Shown here in pieces: positions 40,157-49,354 of a stretch of 64,000 nucleotides of DNA. The notes under the pieces were generated by a model. That model was not told the origin of the DNA and made no database searches. It was given only the letters and a program-made list of their open reading frames with translations. Origin of the DNA: a virus (taxonomy: Duplodnaviria; Caudoviricetes). Numbering within the stretch: position 1 is the first letter of the stretch; each line of letters starts with the position of its first letter. The stretch is from the IMG/VR virus record IMGVR_UViG_3300031813_000004, positions 64,001 through 128,000 of that record; one strand, 5' to 3'. A program made the translations under genes and the position numbers.

Positions 40157-40198
40157 TAGCTTTATTTTCTCTTTTAAACAATATTTTTATTTTGTTAC

Positions 40199-40248
40199 AA
40201 CCAGAACATCTGTGAACCCTTCTCACATAAGGGTTTACTGTTCTGGTT
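40199..40248. other. long bulged hairpin upstream of phosphoesterase/array operon
   Basis: aaccagaaca-tct-gtgaaccctt / aagggtttac-tgttctggtt. Confidence 0.5.
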
Positions 40249-40302
40249 ATATGAACAAAATACTGAAGGTAAATTACATTGTTTATATGGGAGAAAAATA
40301 CA

Positions 40303-41493
40303 ATGAGTAATCAACCAGCTTCAAAATTAACAATTTTTATGAAAGAAAATTTTAAAAAATCAAATAAAGAGTTATTAGATATTGCTATAAAAGATTTTAA
40401 TTATTCTTATGGTCCTGGTTCATTTTCAACTTATATTAATAGACTTAGAAAAAAATTTAAAAATATAGAAGTAAAAGAAGTACAACCACAACAAGACTTT
40501 ATTAAATTAATTCAATCTAGAAAAATAATATCTCTATTTGAATTAACAAAAATATTACATTGTGATGGAACAGAATTAATTAAATTAATTGATGATTATA
40601 AAACTCAAGGTTATCATATAATTATTGATAATGATATATTACATTATGGAGCTTATAATATTAATACTGGAATTATAAAACCTAATCAATTAGAAGAAAA
40701 AGAAATAATTTTTGCTGCAGCTTCTGATTTACATTTTGGGTCTAAAGCATGCCAAATAACTGCATTAAATGAATTTTGTAATGAATGTAGAAAACAAGGA
40801 GTTAAACATATTTTTTCACCTGGAGATGTTACGGCTGGAAGACATGTATATCCAGGTCAAGAATTTGACTTATATGAATTATCTGCACAAGGGCAAACTG
40901 ACTCATTATTAGCAAATTTACAAACTGGATTTGATTGGTGGATATTGGGTGGTAATCATGACTATTCTCATATTAAAAATGGTAGTTATAATCCATTAAA
41001 TGTAATGTCAAGTAAAAGACATGATTTACATAACTTAGGTTATGATGAATGTGTTGTTCCTATTTTAAATGGAATTGATTTACAAATGTGGCATCCTTCT
41101 GGTGGAGTTCCTTATTCAATTTCTTATAGATTACAAAAAGGTGTTGAACAATTAGCATTCTCTGAATTATTATCAGTATCTAGAGGACTGAAAGAAAAAC
41201 CATCTATTAAGTTTGTATTATGTGGTCACTTACATATTCAAATGCAAGCATTATTTGGAAGTATTTTTGGAATGCAATGTGGAGCATTTGAGGGAGTTAC
41301 AAACTACTTAAAAAGAAAAGGATTAGTTCCGGCTATTGGTGGATATATTGTTAAAGCTAATATTAAAAATAATGGAATATTAAACTTTGAAGCTAAATTT
41401 TATTTATACCCAGAAATTATAGATGATTGGAAAAATTATTCACATTCATACAATGAAGAGAAGATTCAACTTAAACCAATTTTAGAAGGATAA
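40303..41493 (+). CDS. calcineurin-like metallophosphoesterase with N-terminal HTH-like region
   Basis: SDLHFG, PGDVT, GGNHD, WHP, CGHLH; ATG 40303 after GGGAG. Confidence 0.85.
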   Translation: MSNQPASKLTIFMKENFKKSNKELLDIAIKDFNYSYGPGSFSTYINRLRKKFKNIEVKEVQPQQDFIKLIQSRKIISLFELTKILHCDGTELIKLIDDYKTQGYHIIIDNDILHYGAYNINTGIIKPNQLEEKEIIFAAASDLHFGSKACQITALNEFCNECRKQGVKHIFSPGDVTAGRHVYPGQEFDLYELSAQGQTDSLLANLQTGFDWWILGGNHDYSHIKNGSYNPLNVMSSKRHDLHNLGYDECVVPILNGIDLQMWHPSGGVPYSISYRLQKGVEQLAFSELLSVSRGLKEKPSIKFVLCGHLHIQMQALFGSIFGMQCGAFEGVTNYLKRKGLVPAIGGYIVKANIKNNGILNFEAKFYLYPEIIDDWKNYSHSYNEEKIQLKPILEG

Positions 41494-41496
41494 AAT

Positions 41497-41700
41497 ATGG
41501 GTTCCATAAAATTCTTTGATGAAGAATTAGAAATTACTACTAATGAATATGTTGAAGAATATTGTAGTTGTTGTAAACATTTAGAATATTTAGATAAATT
41601 AGTTTATTTTGTTATATGTAAGTTACCTTATTCAGAATCAATATGGGATAATCGTAAAGATATTAATATGTGTTATGATTTTAAAAGAAAGGATGAATAA
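41497..41700 (+). CDS. 4-Cys DEL microprotein 1
   Basis: CSCCKHLEYLDKLVYFVIC. Confidence 0.75.
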   Translation: MGSIKFFDEELEITTNEYVEEYCSCCKHLEYLDKLVYFVICKLPYSESIWDNRKDINMCYDFKRKDE

Positions 41701-41900
41701 TGTCATCAATACAATTTAATGATAATAATATTAGTATAGTTAATGATAGATTATTAATTAGATGTTTTAAATGTAAATTCATTGAGTATCAAGATGAATT
41801 ATTAGACCATATTGTTTGTAATAAGATATTACCTACAACTTTAGAATGGTATAAAAGAGTTAATTATTGGGGGTCTTGTTGCTTTTTTATGGAGAAATAA
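41700..41900 (+). CDS. 4-Cys DEL microprotein 2
   Basis: CFKCKFIEYQDELLDHIVC. Confidence 0.75.
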   Translation: MSSIQFNDNNISIVNDRLLIRCFKCKFIEYQDELLDHIVCNKILPTTLEWYKRVNYWGSCCFFMEK

Positions 41901-42110
41901 ATGCCTAATATTAATTTTATAAAAAATGAAAATATTTATTTTACAGATAATTATAATATTTTAATGTGTAAAGACTGTATATATTTAATATTTCTAGACG
42001 AATTAACTAATTATGCTATATGTAATATGGATTATTTAAAACATTATCTTATGCTTTTTCCAGATGGTTGTACAAGACATATAAAGGAAAAATTAAATGG
42101 CAACAGTTGA
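41901..42110 (+). CDS. 4-Cys DEL microprotein 3
   Basis: CKDCIYLIFLDELTNYAIC. Confidence 0.75.
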   Translation: MPNINFIKNENIYFTDNYNILMCKDCIYLIFLDELTNYAICNMDYLKHYLMLFPDGCTRHIKEKLNGNS

Positions 42111-42294
42111 ATTTTTATTTTTAAAATTAACTAGATCAACTAGATTTTATAACATAATAAATTGTAAAACATGTGAATGGTTAGTATTCTTAGATGAATT
42201 AATAGAACATTCTATTTGTAATTATTCTAATTTAAAAGAACATGATCATTATCTTTATGTATCTGGTTGTTCTCGTTATAAAAATAAGGAGTGA
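42097..42294 (+). CDS. 4-Cys DEL microprotein 4
   Basis: CKTCEWLVFLDELIEHSIC. Confidence 0.75.
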   Translation: MATVEFLFLKLTRSTRFYNIINCKTCEWLVFLDELIEHSICNYSNLKEHDHYLYVSGCSRYKNKE

Positions 42295-42297
42295 TAT

Positions 42298-42534
42298 ATG
42301 GATAATTATATTATCATATACGAAAAACATAATAAAGAAACAAAAACATCTTTACTATATATTGAATATAATTGTGAAAATTGTAAATATTTCAAATTTT
42401 TAGATAAGTTAACTAGATTTTTGATTTGTGGTAACTCAGATGTAAAAGCTTTAGGAGAAGAATGTTTAATTAGAAAGGATTCATTATTATTAAATATGAA
42501 ATTGAATTTAAAGAACACCCAGTTCAGAATATGA
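42298..42534 (+). CDS. 4-Cys DEL microprotein 5
   Basis: CENCKYFKFLDKLTRFLIC. Confidence 0.75.
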   Translation: MDNYIIIYEKHNKETKTSLLYIEYNCENCKYFKFLDKLTRFLICGNSDVKALGEECLIRKDSLLLNMKLNLKNTQFRI

Positions 42535-42674
42535 CAGCTCCAGTTTCTTATATTAATGTGAATTGTAAAAACTGTAAACATTTAAAATTTTTAGACGAAT
42601 TACTTTATTTTGTAATTTGTGGGTGTGTATCATCAAAATGCTATGTAAGTTTTAATTGTTTAGAAAGGAAATAA
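42531..42674 (+). CDS. 4-Cys DEL microprotein 6 (not in track; frame open upstream to ATT codons 42483-42491)
   Basis: CKNCKHLKFLDELLYFVIC. Confidence 0.7.
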   Translation: MTAPVSYINVNCKNCKHLKFLDELLYFVICGCVSSKCYVSFNCLERK

Positions 42675-42677
42675 TTA

Positions 42678-42884
42678 ATGATAATATATAATATTAAAAC
42701 AAATGATAATAAATTAAGTGAATTAACTGAAGAATACTATGAAGAATTTTGTAAAAATTGTATTAATATAAAAATGATTGATAATCTAACTCGTTATTTG
42801 GAATGTAAAAAATATGAACATACCACATTAGTACGAAAAGATTGTATGGTTATTTGTGCTGATTTTAAATTAAAGGATAAATAA
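42678..42884 (+). CDS. 4-Cys DEL microprotein 7
   Basis: CKNCINIKMIDNLTRYLEC. Confidence 0.75.
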   Translation: MIIYNIKTNDNKLSELTEEYYEEFCKNCINIKMIDNLTRYLECKKYEHTTLVRKDCMVICADFKLKDK

Positions 42885-43090
42885 TGGATATTATTACTAT
42901 AGAAATAAACAAAAGAATAGTTACATATTCTGTATTAAAAAATATTGATTTTATTTTAAATTGTTGTGAAACATGTCCTAATTGTATATTCGTAGACAAG
43001 CTTTTAAATCACATCTCCTGCAAATGTAAACACTCTCCTATATTTTATCCCAGATGTTCTAATCGCTTTCCTAGGAAAGATTCATGGTAA
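42884..43090 (+). CDS. 4-Cys DEL microprotein 8
   Basis: CETCPNCIFVDKLLNHISC. Confidence 0.75.
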   Translation: MDIITIEINKRIVTYSVLKNIDFILNCCETCPNCIFVDKLLNHISCKCKHSPIFYPRCSNRFPRKDSW

Positions 43091-43290
43091 ATTTTACGAT
43101 ATATTTTACGGTCCCATGTATATTAATCCACTATAGACAATCTAAAATTATATGTGGAGATTGTAAGCATTATTTATTTATTGATGAATTAACAAACCAT
43201 ATTATTTGTAATCATGATAATCTTGCTCATTTTTATACAGGGTGGACAGATAATACAACATGTGGTAATATTAATAGGAACCCTATATGA
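43084..43290 (+). CDS. 4-Cys DEL microprotein 9
   Basis: CGDCKHYLFIDELTNHIIC. Confidence 0.75.
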   Translation: MVNFTIYFTVPCILIHYRQSKIICGDCKHYLFIDELTNHIICNHDNLAHFYTGWTDNTTCGNINRNPI

Positions 43291-43454
43291 CTTGTAAAAA
43301 TATAACAAAAATAAAATATTTAGGAAAAGTCAGAAGTGATAATAATATGTTACATAATTATCAATGTTCATCTTGTAAAAAGATTGGAATATTGAGTTGT
43401 TACGAAGATGAATTAGAAACTGAAAAACAACTAAAAAGAATACATGAGAGTTAA
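43287..43454 (+). CDS. small Zn-ribbon-like ORF interrupting the array (55 aa, not in track)
   Basis: MTCKNITKIKYLGK...YQCSSCKKIGILSCYEDEL; lacks family spacing. Confidence 0.5.
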   Translation: MTCKNITKIKYLGKVRSDNNMLHNYQCSSCKKIGILSCYEDELETEKQLKRIHES

Positions 43455-43456
43455 CT

Positions 43457-43690
43457 ATGGTAACAATAGAAGATATTAATAATAAAATACAAGATATAGG
43501 AACTATTGATTATACATTTTTAAATTCTGATGTTTTTAATTTATGTGGAAATTGTATTTATTGTTCACATATTGATGAACTAATAAATTATGTTAAATGC
43601 AACCATAAAAAGGGTAGTAGATTTTATAATTTTTATAAAAAAGATTTAAAATGCTGGTATTATAGTGAGGTGGTAATTGGTGACTATTGA
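43457..43690 (+). CDS. 4-Cys DEL microprotein 10
   Basis: CGNCIYCSHIDELINYVKC. Confidence 0.75.
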   Translation: MVTIEDINNKIQDIGTIDYTFLNSDVFNLCGNCIYCSHIDELINYVKCNHKKGSRFYNFYKKDLKCWYYSEVVIGDY

Positions 43691-43904
43691 ATATACCAAA
43701 CTAAACTTAGTAGAAAATTTTAGTTCTATAAATTACCATGACGATGATATATTAGATATATGTAAAACTTGTAAAAACTTAGTATATATGGATGAGCTAA
43801 TAAAACATATTAAATGTAGATCACAAGGACCAGTTCAATTTAGAAAATTTTTTGAAATGAAAGTTAAATGTATGAATAAACCAAGAGGAATAAGATATGA
43901 TTGA
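43677..43904 (+). CDS. 4-Cys DEL microprotein 11
   Basis: CKTCKNLVYMDELIKHIKC. Confidence 0.75.
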   Translation: MVTIEYTKLNLVENFSSINYHDDDILDICKTCKNLVYMDELIKHIKCRSQGPVQFRKFFEMKVKCMNKPRGIRYD

Positions 43905-44100
43905 ATATCCTAAATTTGATAATAAATTATCTGCAGATGGCGGAAATCAAACTACAAATTTATGTAAGATATGTCCTAATTGTTTATATATAGATGAATT
44001 AATGAACTATATTAAATGTAATGCAGATAGAATTTCTTTCTTTTATTATATCAAAGAAAATTTAATATGTATAAATAGACCAAAATGCATAAAATTATGA
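43897..44100 (+). CDS. 4-Cys DEL microprotein 12
   Basis: CKICPNCLYIDELMNYIKC. Confidence 0.75.
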   Translation: MIEYPKFDNKLSADGGNQTTNLCKICPNCLYIDELMNYIKCNADRISFFYYIKENLICINRPKCIKL

Positions 44101-44303
44101 TAACTATTCAATTTTGTAATAATAAACAGATATATTTACATTTTAATAAAGTTTATGATAATATTGGTCTTACACTTTGTGAAGAATGTAATAAGAAAAT
44201 ATTTATTGATAAACTTACAAATTTTATTTTATGTGATATGCCAAGAATATCTTTTGATTATAATAAAGAATGTAAATTATATCAATTACAAAAATCAATC
44301 TAA
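44097..44303 (+). CDS. 4-Cys DEL microprotein 13
   Basis: CEECNKKIFIDKLTNFILC. Confidence 0.75.
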   Translation: MITIQFCNNKQIYLHFNKVYDNIGLTLCEECNKKIFIDKLTNFILCDMPRISFDYNKECKLYQLQKSI

Positions 44304-44312
44304 GGAGTATAT

Positions 44313-44633
44313 ATGGAAGAAATTACAATTCAATTTAATTACTTAAATCTTAAAAGAATTGAATCTCATAATTTTTATAGTAGTAATATAAATGACCCAG
44401 ATAAGATTTTTGATTATAAATGTTGTGAACAATGTAAAGATCATGTTTTAGTTGATGTACTTTTAAGATATGTTGAATGTAATTCTGATAGAATGTTAAA
44501 TGGATCTTCTTATTATCAAGATAATGGAACAGGTAAAAATTGGTGTGCATTTGGTCCTAGAATAAAATATGGAAGTTCTAATTTAACAGATTCTGATGCC
44601 ATTATAAAAAATAAAGAGGTAGTTAAAAAATGA
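44313..44633 (+). CDS. 4-Cys DEL microprotein 14
   Basis: CEQCKDHVLVDVLLRYVEC. Confidence 0.75.
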   Translation: MEEITIQFNYLNLKRIESHNFYSSNINDPDKIFDYKCCEQCKDHVLVDVLLRYVECNSDRMLNGSSYYQDNGTGKNWCAFGPRIKYGSSNLTDSDAIIKNKEVVKK

Positions 44634-44854
44634 TATCTATAGATTTTCCTAATTGTAAAAGAAAAAAATTATGTAGTTATCATACTGATGATGAAGATTC
44701 AAGAATCATAGATAAATGTGATAAATGTATAAAACATATTTATATTGATAAACTTATTAATCATGTTATTTGTAATGCAAAAGAAACACCTACTTTTTCT
44801 TTTAATTTAGATTATAATGGTTCTATATATTGTACTATGGAAAAGGAGAAATAA
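44630..44854 (+). CDS. 4-Cys DEL microprotein 15
   Basis: CDKCIKHIYIDKLINHVIC. Confidence 0.75.
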   Translation: MISIDFPNCKRKKLCSYHTDDEDSRIIDKCDKCIKHIYIDKLINHVICNAKETPTFSFNLDYNGSIYCTMEKEK

Positions 44855-45102
44855 TGATAGTATCTTTTCAATTTCCAAATCATATAGATTCAAATAAAAT
44901 TTACAAAGATATAAATTTTATGGGTATAGATGTATTTGATTTTGAAAATTGTAAAAAATGTAAATATTATAACTATGTTGATGAATTATTAAATATCATC
45001 ATATGTCTTAGAATAATAGATAATGAAAATGGATTTTGTAAATTGAGTGTATATGACAACCAAATGTTTTGTTGTTATGGACAAGAGTATTTTAGAGGTT
45101 AA
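44854..45102 (+). CDS. 4-Cys DEL microprotein 16
   Basis: CKKCKYYNYVDELLNIIIC; ATG 44854 after AGGAG. Confidence 0.75.
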   Translation: MIVSFQFPNHIDSNKIYKDINFMGIDVFDFENCKKCKYYNYVDELLNIIICLRIIDNENGFCKLSVYDNQMFCCYGQEYFRG

Positions 45103-45104
45103 TT

Positions 45105-45323
45105 ATGAAAATAGAAATTAATATTCATCTACCACTATCAATTAATAGAAATTATAGAATTTCATTAGATAATATGATATTTGATTTTAATAGATGTAAA
45201 CATTGTTATCTTAATATTTTTGTAGATGAATTATTATATTATGTCGAATGCAAACATAACGATACCTTAAAATTTTCAGAAGATAATACCGAGTGTTCAT
45301 GTATTAATGGAATTGAAATATGA
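45105..45323 (+). CDS. 4-Cys DEL microprotein 17
   Basis: CKHCYLNIFVDELLYYVEC. Confidence 0.75.
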   Translation: MKIEINIHLPLSINRNYRISLDNMIFDFNRCKHCYLNIFVDELLYYVECKHNDTLKFSEDNTECSCINGIEI

Positions 45324-45562
45324 TTGAGATAACATTCTATTTACCAAACATGCACCCAGTAAATGATAGTCTTAATTTATATCAAATAGGAGATACATTT
45401 AATTTTAATATTTGTAAAAAATGTAGTTTTAATATTTCAACAGATGAATTATTAAGGCATATTGAATGTAAAAGGAAATATATGGGAGTTTTTTCATATG
45501 ATGATAAAACAAATTTAGTTTATTGTAACCTTGGATTAGAAAATGAAAGGAGAGATAAATGA
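45320..45562 (+). CDS. 4-Cys DEL microprotein 18
   Basis: CKKCSFNISTDELLRHIEC. Confidence 0.75.
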   Translation: MIEITFYLPNMHPVNDSLNLYQIGDTFNFNICKKCSFNISTDELLRHIECKRKYMGVFSYDDKTNLVYCNLGLENERRDK

Positions 45563-45786
45563 TAATATCATTTTATTTTCCTAATAATGATAGAATGAAA
45601 AAAGATATGGAATTTAAATTTAGTAAATTAGATATAATAGAAAGAATAATATATGACTTTAGTATTTGTGAAAATTGTAAATATAATATATCAGTTGATA
45701 AAATTATGAATCATATTATTTGTAGTAAAATAAATTCATTTAATGTCAACCTTGACTATGATAATAAAAGATATTATTGTTACTGA
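45559..45786 (+). CDS. 4-Cys DEL microprotein 19
   Basis: CENCKYNISVDKIMNHIIC. Confidence 0.75.
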   Translation: MIISFYFPNNDRMKKDMEFKFSKLDIIERIIYDFSICENCKYNISVDKIMNHIICSKINSFNVNLDYDNKRYYCY

Positions 45787-45797
45787 GATAAAAATTA

Positions 45798-46073
45798 ATG
45801 AAAGAAATTAAAAATATAATTACTTTTCTATTTTCAAAAATTGATAAACCAAGATGTGAAAAATTTAACTTTGTATCAGATTATACAGACGAAACTTGGG
45901 ATTCAAAAAGGACTTTTGATTTTGAAATATGTAGAAATTGTATTAAAAATATTTTTGTTGATGAATTACTTAATCATATTGAATGTTCTTATTTAGGATA
46001 TTCTATATACTATGATGTTGAGGCTCACAAATATTATTGTTATTTTGGATCACAAAACCAAAGGAGTAAATAA
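45798..46073 (+). CDS. 4-Cys DEL microprotein 20
   Basis: CRNCIKNIFVDELLNHIEC. Confidence 0.75.
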   Translation: MKEIKNIITFLFSKIDKPRCEKFNFVSDYTDETWDSKRTFDFEICRNCIKNIFVDELLNHIECSYLGYSIYYDVEAHKYYCYFGSQNQRSK

Positions 46074-46421
46074 ATGATTATATTACACAATGAGAAATGT
46101 TATTTCTGTCATGGACAGTTAGTTGAAATCAAAAATATGGTATTAAATTGTAGCCCAATTGAAGTTAGATATGGTGGTTCTAATCCAATGAAAGAAACTT
46201 CCACTGGGTTATTTTGTAGAGAATGTGGTTTAAGATACGCATTTAAACCGAGTGAAGTAAAAGAATACGTTGCTAAATGTATTGAAAGTGATTTAAGAGA
46301 AGAAGCTAAAGAGACAGAACATATGAATAAAATTTTTGAAGGAATGAGAAAGAATACTAAAGTTAAAACATTAGACGAACTTAAAAAAGATAGTGTTGAT
46401 ATGTTTATAAAAAGGAGATAA
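46074..46421 (+). CDS. Zn-ribbon hypothetical protein
   Basis: CYFC...CRECG; AGGAG RBS. Confidence 0.65.
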   Translation: MIILHNEKCYFCHGQLVEIKNMVLNCSPIEVRYGGSNPMKETSTGLFCRECGLRYAFKPSEVKEYVAKCIESDLREEAKETEHMNKIFEGMRKNTKVKTLDELKKDSVDMFIKRR

Positions 46422-46576
46422 ATGAAAAATAAAATAAATCAAACAAAGATTGTTAAAAGACAATCTAGAGAAATGTTTAAAGGAATTTTACCTAGAGGTA
46501 AAATTATGGAAAAGAAAAAGAAAGATATATCACAAGAAGAAATTACTAATGGAATTAATGAGTATAAGGAGAATTA

Positions 46577-46906
46577 ATGAAAATATTATTTAATAGAATT
46601 GATGATTTAGAAAAAGCTAATCAAAGACTTAATACAGTATTAGAATCTTTTTGTAGAGAAAATACTAGATTATTAGAAGAAGTACTTGATTTAAAGAAAA
46701 AATTATATTTTCCAGAAACAACAGAATCCAAAATTAATGATGAAGGAATAATAGCATTAAAAGAACAAATGCAAGATAGAATTAAAATTTATGAATGGTC
46801 TGTAAATAATTATAAAAACGAAGAAGTTAACTTAAAAAAGAAAATTGACCTATTGGAATATCAACTAGAAATTGCTAATGAAAGGATAAAAGCCAATGGA
46901 GAATAA
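46577..46906 (+). CDS. coiled-coil hypothetical protein
   Basis: heptad-rich 109 aa, AGGAG RBS. Confidence 0.6.
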   Translation: MKILFNRIDDLEKANQRLNTVLESFCRENTRLLEEVLDLKKKLYFPETTESKINDEGIIALKEQMQDRIKIYEWSVNNYKNEEVNLKKKIDLLEYQLEIANERIKANGE

Positions 46907-47312
46907 AGATAGAATATGTAAACTATTAGAAGAATTACATAATCTTGCATTTGATAAAGACTCCAATTTAATATTAGGTCAATCTCAATATTTTGCATCA
47001 TTATCTCAAAATATTTATGCAGCATATTTATTTGGGGATTTAGAAAATTTAGCTAAATCAATCAATGAATATATGAATAAACATAGAGATAAAAAAGAAA
47101 TTAAAAAAAAAGGATTTTACCCGTGGTTTGATTCTCTTCCTGATAATAAAAAATTTATTATATTTATGATGTTGGTATGTCCATTTATTATTCCTTTCGG
47201 ATATTCTATATTTACTAAAAATAGTATATTTTCATTAATATTTTCTGTATTATGGTTATTTGGATTAATAACTACAAGACTTATTTATCTAGCTAAAAAA
47301 GAATTAGAATAA
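46896..47312 (+). CDS. membrane protein (two C-terminal TM helices)
   Basis: hydrophobic segments FIIFMMLVCPFIIPFGY and IFSLIFSVLWLFGLI. Confidence 0.6.
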   Translation: MENKDRICKLLEELHNLAFDKDSNLILGQSQYFASLSQNIYAAYLFGDLENLAKSINEYMNKHRDKKEIKKKGFYPWFDSLPDNKKFIIFMMLVCPFIIPFGYSIFTKNSIFSLIFSVLWLFGLITTRLIYLAKKELE

Positions 47313-47322
47313 GGAGTTCATA

Positions 47323-47568
47323 GTGAGTAAAAAATATATAGTAGCTAATTTTTTAAGTTTTAGTAAAGGAAGAAAATATCAAGCAGGCACAGAATTAATA
47401 TCATTAGACGAAAATGATGAATATGTTATTGAAAATAAAGGAATTAAAACATATGACGGAGATAAATTTTTTAGAATTGGAGATCATAAATTTATATTAA
47501 TGAAAGAGGAATACAAAGTTAAAAAAATTAAAAAAGGAGATAATGATGAATCTAAAAAAAGCAATTGA
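47323..47568 (+). CDS. hypothetical protein
   Basis: GTG start with AGGAG RBS. Confidence 0.55.
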   Translation: MSKKYIVANFLSFSKGRKYQAGTELISLDENDEYVIENKGIKTYDGDKFFRIGDHKFILMKEEYKVKKIKKGDNDESKKSN

Positions 47569-48247
47569 ATATTTAGAATCATTTTCAGACCTTTGTAAAA
47601 TTTATAGCTTAACTAGAGCTATAAAAATTGTTTTAGTTAATTTAAAAAAATTACAATCACAAGACAAAGAAATATCTGAATTAAAAGAAAAAGTTAAATA
47701 TGTGGAATCTATGGGTTTACAATTTGGGATAATGAAAACTAGCAATAAACCAGAAGGATTTCTTGCTCATGTTTGGAGTGAAACTTCAGACTATCAAAGA
47801 ATGAGCAGAGATTGGATGGATTCAATGCATTTTGAAATTGAAAATAAAAAATTACATGATAGAATAACTGAATTAGAATTTGATACAGCGCATCAAAAAT
47901 CTAAAATAGATTTATTAAATAAAGATATTGATGGTTTAATAAAAGATCAAGAAATAGAAATTAATAATTGGGTTGAAAGAAATAAAAAATTATCAAAACA
48001 AATAAATAACATTAAAGATATACATAAAAAAGAGATCGAAGATATAGAAGAACATACAAGTCAAATAGCTATTAATGAATCTTTAGAATTAGAAATTAAC
48101 CTTAAAGATATTGAGATTAAAAAACTTAGAAAAGCTCTTATTGAAACAGGTTGTAATAATTTATTTTGTCAAGAAGTTAATAGAATATGTGGGAATTGTC
48201 CTGCAAGAATGAATAAAAAAATTAAATTATTTGAGGATAATTTATGA
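47543..48247 (+). CDS. coiled-coil hypothetical protein
   Basis: 234 aa, AGGAG RBS, C-terminal Cys cluster. Confidence 0.6.
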   Translation: MMNLKKAIEYLESFSDLCKIYSLTRAIKIVLVNLKKLQSQDKEISELKEKVKYVESMGLQFGIMKTSNKPEGFLAHVWSETSDYQRMSRDWMDSMHFEIENKKLHDRITELEFDTAHQKSKIDLLNKDIDGLIKDQEIEINNWVERNKKLSKQINNIKDIHKKEIEDIEEHTSQIAINESLELEINLKDIEIKKLRKALIETGCNNLFCQEVNRICGNCPARMNKKIKLFEDNL

Positions 48248-48645
48248 TTAATATAACACCTGAAAATATAACATCTTTAAAAGAAAATGAAATATTCGTA
48301 TTTGGTTCTAATTATGCAGGAAGACATGGTAAAGGTGCAGCATTATTAGCAATGAAAAAATTTGGAGCTAAATCCGGTCAAGGTACTGGATTTATGGGCA
48401 ATTGCTATGGAATAGCTACAAAAGATAGTAAACTTAAAGTTTTACCTCTTAATAGAATAGAATGGCAAATTCATACTTTTTTAGAGTTTGCCAATGAAAA
48501 TCAACATTTACACTTTTTAGTCACTAAGATAGGATGTGGACTTGCAGGGTATAAACCAAAAGATATAGCTCCATTATTCTTTAAATATGATATTCCTTCT
48601 AACATAAGTTTACCTGAATGTTTCTTGAAATATAAGGAAAAATAA
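48244..48645 (+). CDS. A1S_2505-family (macrodomain-like) phage protein
   Basis: TPENITSL..NEIFVFGSN.AGRHGKGAA, G..G..YGI.T, F.VTKIGCGLAGY. Confidence 0.8.
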   Translation: MINITPENITSLKENEIFVFGSNYAGRHGKGAALLAMKKFGAKSGQGTGFMGNCYGIATKDSKLKVLPLNRIEWQIHTFLEFANENQHLHFLVTKIGCGLAGYKPKDIAPLFFKYDIPSNISLPECFLKYKEK

Positions 48646-48935
48646 TGAAAACTTTAATTTTAACTATTTTATTCATTTTGTTTAGTATTAATTCATTTGC
48701 ATCAGTTAGTTCAAAAACTAAAAAAACTATTGATGATTCAATGGATAGAGTTGCTATTGCTTATTTTAATAAAGGAATGGATGAAGGTGTTATTTGTGGG
48801 ATGGAAATAGTATTACAAATTAATGAATATTCTAAAAAAGGAATTAAAACACCAGAAGATGTTATATTAGATTTAATAGAAAATTGTAAAGAAAAAGCTG
48901 AAAATAATATTTTATATTTATTAAGAAAGAAATAA
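48645..48935 (+). CDS. secreted hypothetical protein
   Basis: signal peptide MKTLILTILFILFSINSFA. Confidence 0.6.
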   Translation: MKTLILTILFILFSINSFASVSSKTKKTIDDSMDRVAIAYFNKGMDEGVICGMEIVLQINEYSKKGIKTPEDVILDLIENCKEKAENNILYLLRKK

Positions 48936-48949
48936 GGAGGAAATAAAAC

Positions 48950-49354
48950 TTGAAGTCTAAGAATACTGATAAGACAATTGGGTTAAATGTAAATTATGAA
49001 GAAAAATTTAGAGACATAAGACATAGAGCAAAAGATGAAGAAATTAATTTAAGAAAAAATAAAAGAGATAAACAAGAACATGAACCAAGATTTAAAATTG
49101 AAGAATTAGTAGTCATTACAAATACTGGTTATAAATCTCAAGATAAAGTTTATCAGTTAGTTGAAGTGTTAGATATTGTTGAGAGATATAAAGATAATTT
49201 TGAATATTTTGCAATAGTAAGAAAAACAACTGAGAAAAATTCTTTTCATAGTATTGGAAGATTAACAATGTTTTCTGAACAACCTTTTCATTTAAAGTTT
49301 TATCCCGCTAATATTAATCCTGAAGATATCAAATGGATAGAAAAGGAGAATTAA
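48950..49354 (+). CDS. hypothetical protein
   Basis: TTG start, AGGAGG RBS. Confidence 0.6.
   Translation: MKSKNTDKTIGLNVNYEEKFRDIRHRAKDEEINLRKNKRDKQEHEPRFKIEELVVITNTGYKSQDKVYQLVEVLDIVERYKDNFEYFAIVRKTTEKNSFHSIGRLTMFSEQPFHLKFYPANINPEDIKWIEKEN

Larger units (their letters stand above)
41497..46073 (+). repeat. tandem array of 20 paralogous 4-Cys microprotein genes
   Basis: every member has C-x2-C-x6-D[EKNV][LI]-x5-C and a distal Cys; stops and starts abut or overlap. Confidence 0.9.

Noticed and set aside
41497-46073. Integron-like cassette array or DGR target array
   Set aside because: Genes abut or overlap with no attC-like intergenic repeats; no integrase, reverse transcriptase or near-identical TR/VR pair in the window
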